64,000 nt of DNA, taken from positions 44,020,001 through 44,084,000 of the forward strand of contig OZ241831.1 of NCBI GenBank assembly GCA_965202585.1, written 5' to 3'. Source of the DNA: Thalia democratica (taxonomy: Eukaryota). The position numbers were made by a program, and so were the translations under genes. The notes beneath the pieces were generated by a model that saw only the letters and a program-made list of their open reading frames with translations, did no database searches and was not told the DNA's origin. Shown here one piece after another: positions 52,664 through 64,000 of this stretch; within the stretch, counting starts at the first letter, position 1, and each line of letters opens with the position of its first letter.

Positions 52664-55600
52664 TCAGTGTCTCCTTCTCCTAATTTCTTGACTCAGCTGG
52701 TCCTTCAAGGTGGCTGCCTAAAAAAGGAAATATTTGTTTAAAAATAATTTTATTTTATCAAAGAACGAAAGAAAAAAACTAAGTTAAATATATTATTTAA
52801 GCTTTTACAAATAAAATAAGATAAAAAATTTTTCATTAACAAATTTTTAAGGCTATAAAAAAAAAACAGTAGCAATTAAGTTATTTTGTGAAGCAAACAG
52901 TAAAAGTAATCAAATAATGTGACGTCACAACTTACTTGTTCTTCCAGTCCCTTGACGCGCTGCCGGTGAGCTCTCTCGCGCGCCTCCAGTGTTCGTTCCG
53001 ACTGAATCTGAGCCGTCCTCAGCCTCTCAATCTCCAGTTCCGACTCCTGCCGGTGCCTGGTGGTGATTTCGATCAGCCTCTTGGCGTTCGCCTGCTCCGT
53101 GTCTGACAACTGCTGCTGCATCGCCTGTTAGAAAGTTTGTTGGTGTTCTATGGTTGAAAATAAATTTTATCTAGCTTCATTTTATTTTTTGGTTTTTAGA
53201 CTTATATATAATATTTCAAATATTAAAGTGTTAAATTGCATAATTTAAACCATTAAAAAAAAAAAATTATAAAAAATAACTCTTTAGCTGAAACTACTTA
53301 ACTGATTTTTTAAATAACAAATCTCAACTTAATATTTTTTACTTGTATAGTCTTTCTTGCATCTTCTAGTTCGCATTCAAGGTCTCTGCAAGATCTATCC
53401 AAAACTCCTCTGTCCTCAACAAGCCTCATCGACTCTTCTTCAGTCTTCAATCGTTCTCTCTCAACCTTTTAGAGTTGTTTACGATCAATAGCTTGATAAG
53501 AACAACTTGTGGCTATTTGTATAGTAAAAGTACTAAAATTGAAAAACTGTTTATCAAATAAATTAAGTTTTCGAGCATTAACATTAATCAAAAAGTAGTT
53601 AAATAATGTTATAAGTTTTATGATAAAATGCATTACAGTACTCTCTTTATATCAAAACGTTTTTGTAGTTTTGTTAGAAGTAATCTTTGTTTCATCAACT
53701 CTTTTATTTAAAGTAATATATAGCACAAGTAAAAGAAAAAAAAAAAACACTTACTTGACCAACTTAAGGTAAAAAAAACTTAATTGTAAAATATGTTTGG
53801 AGTGTATAATTTTCAATCCTCAAATAAAATGTTGTGAAATAATAAACAAACTTTATCAAGTGTCTTCTGCAGCGCGTTCTTGTCCTTCTCCAGTCTGACT
53901 GCTCCCCTCTGAGTTTCTCTCTTCTCGCTGTCCAGCTGTGCGATCGCCCTCTGAAGTCCCGTGATCCTCTCCTGCAAGATCCTCTTCTCCTCCTGCAATT
54001 TCTGGATCCTCACTAATGCCGACTGTTCCGCTTCCTGGCGCTTGTCGCAAACCTACAAATTTTGTAGTTGTTTTCCACAACGAGGTTAAGTAAAAAATAT
54101 GCAGTTAATATCTATTTTTTTTAAGTAAACATTTCAAAAAAAAAAAGTTTAAGATTAAATCAATTCACGTATTTAGCATTAATTGTTTTCAAATTTATAA
54201 TTAAATCATACAAAAGCTGTACAAATCAATTTGAAATTTTTGCAACCTGCTGCAGATCCTTCAGTTGAGTCTCGACCTCGGTCCTCCGCACCTCGCAGTC
54301 CTCCAGCTCGTGGACAGTCGAATGCAGCCTCTCGCTCAGCTGCGCGTTCTGCTTCTTCAGCTCCTGCGCCTGCTGCCTGTTCGACTGCAGCCTCTCCTGC
54401 AGCACCCTCCTGTCGTGCTCCGAAGCGGTGAGCATCTTCTGCAGCTGGCCGATCTTCTCGGTGAGCGACGAGGCGGCCGCTTCCTTCTCCGACATCGACA
54501 GCGACAGCGATTGAACCTGCGCGTGAAAAAGAAGTTTAGATATTTTTGTGGCTGAGAAAGTTTTTTTGTGGAAATTTTACTATCAATTAAAATGATTTTC
54601 GTTTAAATCGTTTAAGTATTTGAAGGAGGTGATGCAGTTACTTTTAAAATTTACCTTGTCTTTCAATTGACTTTCTCCTTCTTCAGTCTTAGCCAGCGCA
54701 TTGCTCAGCCTGTCGATTGTCAGTTGCAGAGAAGTGCATTTCGTTTCCAAGTCCTGGATTTTCGACTGCAAGCTGGAAGATCTTTCTTGCAATACCTTAA
54801 AGAGAAAACAATTTTAATATATTTTAGACAGTAGGTAAAAATTTTGATGATGTTAATTTAAAAGATATTTTTACTGGTTTTTGAAATTTTGGTTAGTATA
54901 TCTGATGAATACTCTGTCATTTTTTTTATATATTATTGCTACTACATCACAAATTTACTTATGCCTTTACTATATGTTGAAAAATTAATTTTTAAAACTT
55001 AGTTAACGACCTGGTTACTAGTTTCTTTATCATTTTGTGCCAGTTTCAATCTCTGGAGGTCGCCTTCAAGTGCTCTTCTTGCGAGTTCAAGCTTAGTAGC
55101 TCTCTGTTCGGATATTTCGAAAGCTTCTTTCAGTTTTCTCTTGTCTGATTCGTTCTTTGCCGCGATGTTCTTCATCTTGTTTATCTTGTCCTGGTTTTAT
55201 AAAAAAAAAAAATATTTATTTTTATACATAACTTCTTGCAAATTTGTAGCGTAAATTTCGATACACCCGACTTAAATACAAAAAAATAAGCAGAACAAAG
55301 GTTATTACAAACTTCAAAAGTTTACAAATTATCTACTTAATTATAAGAGTTTCTTAACTTTGGTACCGCATACTAAGATAAACTAAAATTAATTCATATA
55401 TGAGAAGAAAAAATAGAAGAAATGTGGACACTAAAACAACAGACTGTCTACTTACTTGCAAGCACCTTCTCTCCGCCTCGTTGCTCTGGCACGTCCTCTC
55501 CAGGCCTGCCAACTTCTCCGCCGTCTGCTTCTGCTCCCTCTCGTTCCTCCTTATGGTCTCCTCCTGCAGCATGAGCGCGGTCTGCGCCGACGCCAGCCTT

Positions 55601-58600
55601 CCGTGCGCCCCCCTCTTGCCTTCCTCCGCTTCGCCCAAGGACTTCTGCAGGTGCTGCAACCTCTGGTTGACCCTGTCCCTGTCTCCCTCCATCTCCATCA
55701 ACTGTTTGAATGTTTATTTATTTAATTTAAAAATTTAATACTTGTTAATGTTTAAGTATTTATTACGTTTGTATTTGTTCTGATCATACCTTAAAAAACA
55801 AGCTTGGAATTTTGAAAGTTTAGCTTTATTTATACTCAACTTAAATCTATCCAATAGTAAAATCCACTATCAATTTTCTAATAGTAAACAAATGTAAGTA
55901 TTAGCTAATACTTTTCAGACAATTAACGTTTAAAGTTATCAATTTAAAAAAATAAAACGAAACATACCTGTCTTGTTAGATTGGAAATTTCAATCTTTGC
56001 GTCGTCTTTCTCGCGCTGGGTGTCTTTGAGTTCCTGCAAGAAGTCCCTTAGAGCCGCTCTCACGACCTCAGGATCAATGTCTTGCACCAGTTGCTCTGAG
56101 CGACTGTTTGTAAAATTAGTATAGTAAAAAAAAAAATAATAATTTATTTTAGTGAGAATGTATTTAAAAAATATATGGTGTTTAGCATGATTACTATTTT
56201 CATTTAATAAATAATTCCATGCAGCCGTTTACAATTTAAGTGAAATTTAATATATAATAAATAGTAAGTTTAGTGATGGAAATCTTCTTAAAACAAACTA
56301 TTTTGGTAATTAAAAGTTCGGATAGTTTTTTAATAGCCTCCTTAATCTAAAAGCCTATAAAATTTTGAATTAGATTATTATATCTATATCTATATTTTTA
56401 AAACCTTGGAGAAGCAGATCTGGTAAAGTCTGGGTTGCGTTCCGGAGATCCAGTTGTGGGGATTGGGTCCCCTTTTCCGTCGGTTGTCGTGGTGAACGTG
56501 TTGTCAAAGTTCTTGGATGGTGAACCGCATCTCCTGTTTTACATCGTTTATTATATTTGTGTTTGATAACTTAACAATTTCAGTTCTTCTACAAATCATA
56601 CACTGTAAATGTAACTTATAAGTATTTAAAAGTTTTTAAAACTTCACGACAAGAAAATATATTAAAACTTTTTACTGACCTCTGAGGGGACGGGCTCGCT
56701 GATCTCATTCCTCTCATTGGGCTCATTGTTCTTCCCAATCGGGAAATTCCCAAGGTTCTTCTCAGTGCGCTGTGGAGACTTCCCAGCTTGAATTCAACAT
56801 CTCGCTTCATAGCTGTAGAAAATAGTTAATGTTTTAGAATGAATAAAGATTATGTTCATTCCAACTATAATTTTTTATTTTATTTTAAATTTAATATAAT
56901 GATATTAGAAAAAAGTAGTTTATTTCATTTAGTTTTACAACATTTGAGTACTTCGTGAGCTGCAAATAGTTTTTAAAGTGTTTAATACTCTTTTAAAGTA
57001 AATTTTAAGTCCTAATGAAAAGCGAGCTATTTGAATGCCTTTGAATTCACTTTACATTAATACACACTTAAATAAAAAATTAAAAATAATCAACAACCGA
57101 CCTTCAGTCTTGACCATTTCGTTCTCCAGCCCGTTGACTCTTCCCTCGCTCGCCGACAGCTTCATCTTGTTATCGGCCAGCTCCTCGTCCAAGCTGTCGA
57201 TCTTCCCTTCCAGGCTCCTGATGTCCGTCTTCTGCCGCTTGGCGAACGAGTGCGCCTCCGCCAGCTGCTCCAGGTAGTCCCTCTCCTTGGCGCGCAACTC
57301 GCCTTCCAGTTCCGACAGTTTGCGGGAGAGAAGCGAGTTCTGAGTTTTTTATTTCAATTTGAAAACAAGTTTCGTTAAAGACTTTTTTGTTATAATTTAA
57401 ATGCGTTTTGCTTGAAAGAATGCGTTGAGCATGTTGTTAAGTATGAAACTTCTACTTGAAAGAAATTTGTTAGCAAACTTTGAGAAATAAGTAGAATTTT
57501 TTCACTTTACGACAGCTCAAACTAACTAGCATATACTTAAATGCAAAATTTAATTCAAAGTTTACAAAGACTACTTATATTTCACATTTTATTGATCTTA
57601 CCTCCTTGAGAGCTTGTTCCTTGCTCGCCTCGGTAGCAACGATCTTCTGCTTCAAACCGAACGACTCTCTCCTCGCCTCTTCTTCTTTCTCCTCGTCCTG
57701 AGCCACTCTGTCCTGCAGCTCTTCCACCTCCTTCGACTTCTTGCTGTTCTCAGTGTCAAGCATCTTGACCTAACGAAATACTGTTTTAATATCAAGTTTT
57801 CATTTTAAAGAACAGTAGCAGCTTTAAAAAATTGAAAGTTGCTTTATTATAAAAAAATGTTTTAAGATTTGAAAGAAATTAAAACCTGTCTTCTGAGTTC
57901 TTGAAGTTCCCTTCTCGTTTCGAGCCTGCTTCTTTCCACTTCTCTAAGACTCGCTCTCAGGTCTCCGTTCTCCTTATGAGTCGTATTCCTGCTTTCGTCC
58001 AGCACGGCTATCTTCTGCTCCTTCTCTTCGTTTGCACGCTGTTATTTTTGTTTGTTTTGCATAACTTATAAACAGTTGTTGATGAGTAAACTTTTAATAT
58101 AGTATTAAAAATGTAAAAATAAACTTTACTAATATACTTGAAGTTTTATTTTAAAAGAGTAATAAAAACTTTTTTTCTGCGAGGTATACCAGTTAACGTT
58201 TTTATGTTTAAACACTTAATAACACTAAAAAAAAAACTCACTACATGATAAAACTCTATATGAACTGGTTAAGTATTAGCAAAGTCATATTCAAACGCGA
58301 ACCTTGAGAACGATTCTTTCCTGTTCCGCCCTCTTCACCTGCTCCCTCAGCTCCTCGTTCGCCTTCACCACCGTCTTCTTCTCGTGCACCTCCGCGTTGA
58401 TGCCCCTCTTCAGCTCCAAGTTCTCCTTCCTCTGCCCGTCCCGCTGCTCCTCCGTCTCTCGCACCTTCCTCTGAGCCTCGATGAGGTCTCTGCGCACTCC
58501 GTCGCGCGCGTCCTCGCACATTCGCAGCTGCAGCTTCAACTCCTCTACCTGTGAAAATTTGTGAGATTTTATTAGTATTGCACTTTGAAATAAATGAACT

Positions 58601-61600
58601 TTAAAAAAGAACAATTTTTCAAAGTTAATGAGCTAAAAGCGTTACTTATACTAATTCGTTTGAACTCTAAAAAGAAAATAGTTTACAGTTTTGCTTTGAG
58701 TAACATTGAATTAATTGGCTTGTTTTAATTTAGAAAAAATGATTTTTGTATAACTTTATCAAAGCTTAGTTTTTGTGACAGCTCTAATTTACTAAAAATT
58801 ACAGTAAACTGTTGTTCCTTCTCACCTCTTTCAAAGCGGCCTCTCTCATCTGGTGTACATTCTTGCAAGCCTCATTGACGCTCTTCACTTCTCTCTCGTG
58901 AGCTTCAGTCGTCAGCTCGAATTGAGTCCTGAAGTCCTTCAACTCTTGCGTTATTTGGTTGATGGTGTTCTGTAAATTAATACATAAATTTGTTTTAATA
59001 CTTTTATGATCAGAACTTATACTATGTATAACCTAGTATTTCAAAAATCTTATTGATTGAGAGTAAACTAGGGTGGGTACTTAAACTTGCTATTGCGAGC
59101 ACTGGTCGTTTTAAAACTTAGTTGTAAACACTGAAATTTCTTATCTACTTATATATTGCTTAATATATCCTATATATTTAGTTTAGTATTCTTGCATAAA
59201 CTTAAGTTTTAGAAAAAATTAAAATAAGCTAACGATCAAAATCAAAAACACTGAATAAGCACCTAACGTTTTTGGTTTCAATCGCAACGAATTAGATTTG
59301 TTGACAGTTTGCTTTTAAATATCGGTGAGTTTAAAAACTAGATTTTAAGTAATCAACATAGATTGATAATAACTTACGCTTTCCTTATATAATCTTACTA
59401 CAACTATGGCTAAGTATTAACTGTTTATAATTTTTCAATATACCTGTTATTGTTACCAATAAGTACTATCCTTGTCAATGTGTATACACCTTAAGTTTTA
59501 GTTTTGTATTTTTGCAAAAGTTTTAAAAACAATATGAACCAATCAGATATCATAATTTTTCAATACAAGCTACCAACCCGGTCCTTCTCCTGCTGAGAGG
59601 CGGCGTTCCTCTTCTGCTTCTCAACCTCGGCTTCCACGTCTTGCAGCACCTGCAGCGCGTTGTTCAGCTTCTCCTGCAGCGCGTTCTTCTCCGTCTCCTT
59701 GATGCACAGTGCCTGCTGCTTCTCCGCTTCCGCCATTATCAGCGCTTCGTTGTGCTCCTGTTTGCGATATGTTAGCAATAAGGTTTATGTGAACATAGTT
59801 TGCATGTTAGTTATTATATTGGATTAAAAAAGTAAAAACTTTATCCAAATTTTAGAACTACTCAATTAGTTTTTTGCTACTTAGTATTGCGTTTGTATGA
59901 GTCCTAATCAGTATTTTTAAAGTTATGAAAGGTTTGTTTTAATGTGAAAATAATAAGTAGTTACATACACTTACATGCTTAGCTAATAACTTAAGTTGCT
60001 TAGCTTTGGTTGTAAAAATGTTACATATATGTCTTCAATTTAAGAAAACTACTGATCAAAGGTAAGATACTATCACTGTGCAGTTTTATGCCCAAAATTA
60101 CTTAAAATAAGAATTAAAAGAAGTTCATACTTTTGTTACGTAACGAATTTTGAATAACTGCTAGTCAAAGATGATTGGATAAAAGCTAATTTCTTCAACT
60201 TGTTACATAGTTATTGTTAGATATGTTTGTGGAAATGTTTATCGTTTACAGGTCGCTACAAGATTTTTTGTATGGAAGGTTTTAAACAAACTGAACACTC
60301 CCGCTGAAGCCACGCGGAAAGTACAATCATCAGGACACAAACACTTGTTTGCCGACGCTTTATTTTGTTTGTTTTCGCGGTTACAACTTGAACGGTGTTT
60401 GCGTGCAACTGACAACATGATGGAAGCCTTGAAAGTCGCTGTTGAACTTTGCGTACAATAAGCAATTTAAGCTTTTAAGAGGCTTTAAACTGTACTATTT
60501 GTTTTTGATAAGAATGTTTTAAAGTTTACCAAGCTTCTTAAAGAAGCGTGACTTAAAATTAAAAACAAATACTTTTAATAAAAACTATTTGTTTTTGATA
60601 AGAAATTCTTTGAAATTAGTACACAAGTCAATTGGATAAGTGTTATTTGTAGTAGCTAGCAAATAAAAGTATTCTACATAAAGAAAAGTTTGGGCAAAAA
60701 GCAAAACACTTGAAAAACAATCGTGCTTATGAAACATGGGCAGTCAACAAAAAGCTACAACTAGATTGTAGTGGTTAAAATTAGATTTATACAGGTGAAA
60801 GTAAAACTTACATAACTTATAGGTTTTATTTATGTTAGATCAACAACACAAATTATTTAAATAAAACCATCATTTGATTTTTGTGAAAATCTACAAATAT
60901 CTTAAATTATAGCTTTCACAAAAACTTTGAAATAAGCTTAAATATTTTATATAGAAAAGTATATATAAAAGGCTGTTAAATAAATATATATTTTATAGCA
61001 TCATCTTGTATAATGAGAGATTTTATCTTTACTTTTTTATTAGTTTCTTTTAAATATATACACACATAAATATATAAAATTAAGGTGTTTCATAAAACAA
61101 AACCAAAAATACTTTATTTGCCCAATGTTTTAAAAGTATTAAAGATCTTATCGGAGTTTAAATATATGTTCAAACAAAGTTATATAGACCTTCACAGACC
61201 AAAAACGTTTGTTTTATACTTGCATAATTTTGTTTGTTATGACTATTAATTTTATCAAAATTTATTGTTACTGTTTCGTTTTCCTAAAAAAAAAGTCAGT
61301 TATAATGTATTCGATTCCAATTATACAATTTAATTTCAATGTTCCTTCCAACCTGGATCATGGCTTCCATCTCCTCGTTCAGCTCCGTCTTCTCTCCCTC
61401 GAACTTCGCCTGCATCTCCTCCTTCTCCAGGTTGAAGTTGTGCTGCGCTTCCTGCTTCTCCGACGTCAGCTCCATCCTGAGCTGATCCTTCGCCTTCTGC
61501 GCCTTCTCCATGTCCTCCTCGTGCGCCTGCTGCTCCGTCTTCAGCGCCACCTGCGCCTCCCGCTCCTGCTGGATCATCTGCTGGTTCTGCAGTTGCAGGT

Positions 61601-63175
61601 CTTTTTGTAACTTCTGGTTCTCCACTTCCATCTCCTTGCGCACCTTGCCGATCTCGACTGTCAAAATTTTTGTTTATGTTATGCTTTTTGAAATTTCCAA
61701 ACATTTTTGATTGTTTGCGAAGTTATACATTAACATAAACTAAGTTATTGAATTAAATTGAGTATGTACTTTGAAGTTTTTTTTAAACGATTTTTTTTTT
61801 TTTAGGAAACATCTTAATACCAATACTTAAAACATTTGTCAATTATTAGGTAGCTAGGTCACTTTTCAAAATTTGTACTTCATTTTTATTACTATTAGAA
61901 CACTTTAGTGTACATTTTATAAGGTAAATCATTTTACTTCGTGATAGAAAAACTTACCTTGCAAAGCTTCGTTCTTCAACAAAGCGTTCTGGTTGACTTC
62001 TTCAAGCTGCTCTTTCTTGGCCAACAAAGTCGTGTTGTTTGACTGGGAGTCAAAAAGATTTGTTTCCAAAGCTTCCTTGTCAGATCTTAAATTTAAAAGG
62101 AATGAAAATTTTAGAATTAAGTTTTGAACGCTAAAGCTTTTAAAACATAAACAAGTGCAAACATATAAAAGTTCAAACTAAAATAAGTTAAATACTTTTT
62201 AATAATTTAAGATTTTCTAGATTAATATATTTATTCTTTCAAAAATTTATTTTACAAGCTAAGTTTCGGTCAAAGACCTCTTCAGTGCTTAAATAAATCT
62301 TATTCAAATAGAATCTCTTCTATTTGAATAAGATTTATTTAAGCACTGAAGAGGTCTTTGACCGAAACTTAGCTTGTAAAATAAATTTTTGAAAGAATAA
62401 ATATATTACTTCTCCTCCAGCAGTTGAGATCTCTCTATTTGTTTTCTTGAAACCAAAACATATTATATTTTCTAGATTAAGTAAAAGTGAAACAAACCTG
62501 AGCCCGGCAATTTCTTCAGACAGGGATCTGTTTTCCCTCTCGGTTGCAGTGAGCTGAACAATCAAGTTGGCTTTCTCCTTGGCCAGCTCCTCTTTCTCCT
62601 TCGCCAGCTTTCCGTTGAAGTCGTTCAGTCTCACGTTGTCTTCCTGGCTCCTTGAGAGGTCTTCCTCGATCGCGGCCTTCTGGCGAGTCGTCTGAAGTAC
62701 AATAAGTTGTTGTTGAGAAAATAATGTTGTTTGATGCGTTTAAAAAAAATCTGTTTTTATTATTGAATAAACTTTTGAACACAGTTTTTATTAAACTAAG
62801 ATGCTACTTTTAGAAATCTGTTTTAACTTGATTAATGTTATGTAAGTCTATAAAATAAATTAATTTGTTTAACTTTGTTTTACCGAAAGTTTAAGCGTTT
62901 TATCTGTTTGAAAACAACATTTTTCTTATACTTTAAATACCAACCTGTCCGAGGGTGTCGGCGAGATCCGCTTTCTCCCGGTGGCTCACCATCAGGTCCT
63001 GCTCCAGCTTCTCCCTGCTCTGCTCCGTCAGCACCAGCGAGTGGTCCAATCCGGCCTTCTCGTTGTGCAGGTCCATCTTCTCCTGCTCCGTCTTGATCAG
63101 CTCGGCGCGGATCGAGTCCTTCTCCAGCGCCAGGTCGTGCTTGGCCGCTCCCAACGCCGCGAACTTGTCTTCCAT
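52664..63175 (-). CDS. CROCC: Rootletin (ciliary rootlet coiled-coil protein), 3' part; 5' end not found in the window
   Basis: 21 phase-compatible GT-AG exons: 63175-62945, 62691-62498, 62085-61958, 61657-61353, 59757-59578, 58969-58826, 58548-58303, 58038-57886, 57769-57602, 57339-57102, 56812-56680, 56533-56405, 56103-55968, 55701-55456, 55190-55011, 54795-54655, 54516-54247, 54052-53852, 53465-53343, 53124-52936, 52717-52664. Hallmark segments include AEAEKQQALCIKETEK, DPEVVRAALRDFLQEL and ERTLEARERAHRQRVKGLEEQ. Confidence 0.95.
62223..62408. repeat. Perfect inverted repeat, 91-bp arms, 4-nt loop, inside a rootletin intron
   Basis: 62223-62313 is the exact reverse complement of 62318-62408; the loop is TCTC. 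Confidence 0.97.
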
Positions 63176-64000
63176 CTGTTGTTTGATTTTTGAGTTGACA
63201 GTTTGTTAGAAAAATATTGGTTTTCCCGTTAAACCGTTTACAACTTTACCTGTTGTCTCTATTACTATTTAAAAAATCGGTTTTAATACTTGCTTTTGTT
63301 AGTATCTTACCTATTTTAGTTAAATTATTTGCTTGTTAGATAATCAAATTGAGTTTTTTACTAAATTGCTGTTTTTTTCACTTTTTGTCACTTCGTTTAA
63401 CTCGAAGTGCTTGCCACATAATTCCGTCCTCGCAAGTTTAAGTTTTCTCATTGATGGGACAGTTTTAATAATCTTAAAGTTTAGAAAAAAAAAATGTCGT
63501 TAAAATGTTTACTGCCTTTTTATCTGTTAGCTATAAATTTTAAAGTTTTAAAACTATAAACATAACAGTAAAATTCGTGAGTGGTCGATAATAAAAGTTG
63601 TACAAGAATAAACTAACAGCAAACTGTTTTAATGCTAAAGTTAATAAAAAGCAACTCCAAAATTGTCTACAATACACGGAGTCGTAAACTATAATGATTT
63701 AAAAAATACAGCAAATATTGTTTTTTTAAATACTGTACATAAAATTTTATAACTGTTTGAGATTTACGAAAGTTACTATCGAAACACGTAGTCATTAATA
63801 ACTCATTCAAGACGTTTGTTTGTATGGTAAATAATATGCGGAGCGGAAATTAAAAAAACTAACTAATTTTTATTTGTTTACGATATTTATCGTAAGCAAA
63901 GTATAATATTTTCTTGTAAAACATGGCACAAACTGTCAAATACTAGCAATTTACAACATCAAGTGCATACTTGACGTTTAGCTTCTTAGAAAAGGTTCTT

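Overview
This is AT-rich animal (metazoan) genomic DNA; the species cannot be determined from the sequence. It holds two conserved spliced genes, both on the minus strand: a complete 8-exon cathepsin L (8197->4831, 332 aa) and the 3' part of rootletin/CROCC (21 exons traced, 63175->52664, 5' end presumably right of the window). Between and beside them lies a rearranging array of nine copies of a gene I do not recognise, each with one coding exon (seven with long ORFs, two pseudogenes). The encoded protein has a near-invariant acidic Ser/Asn-rich N-terminus, a variable helical hairpin in two subtypes, a Ser/Thr/Pro-rich module, and a C-terminal transmembrane helix with a short Cys-rich tail. 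The array grew by segmental duplications that also copied the last exons of rootletin (four fragments, each cut at a different point) and the last exon of cathepsin L (inverted). Other elements are a 2.1 kb Mutator/Foldback-like TIR element with a 9-bp TSD, a decayed gag-like insertion, a perfect 91-bp-arm intronic hairpin and 14-bp inverted repeats at both ends of one cathepsin intron. All alignments and counts were made by eye; no database search was run.
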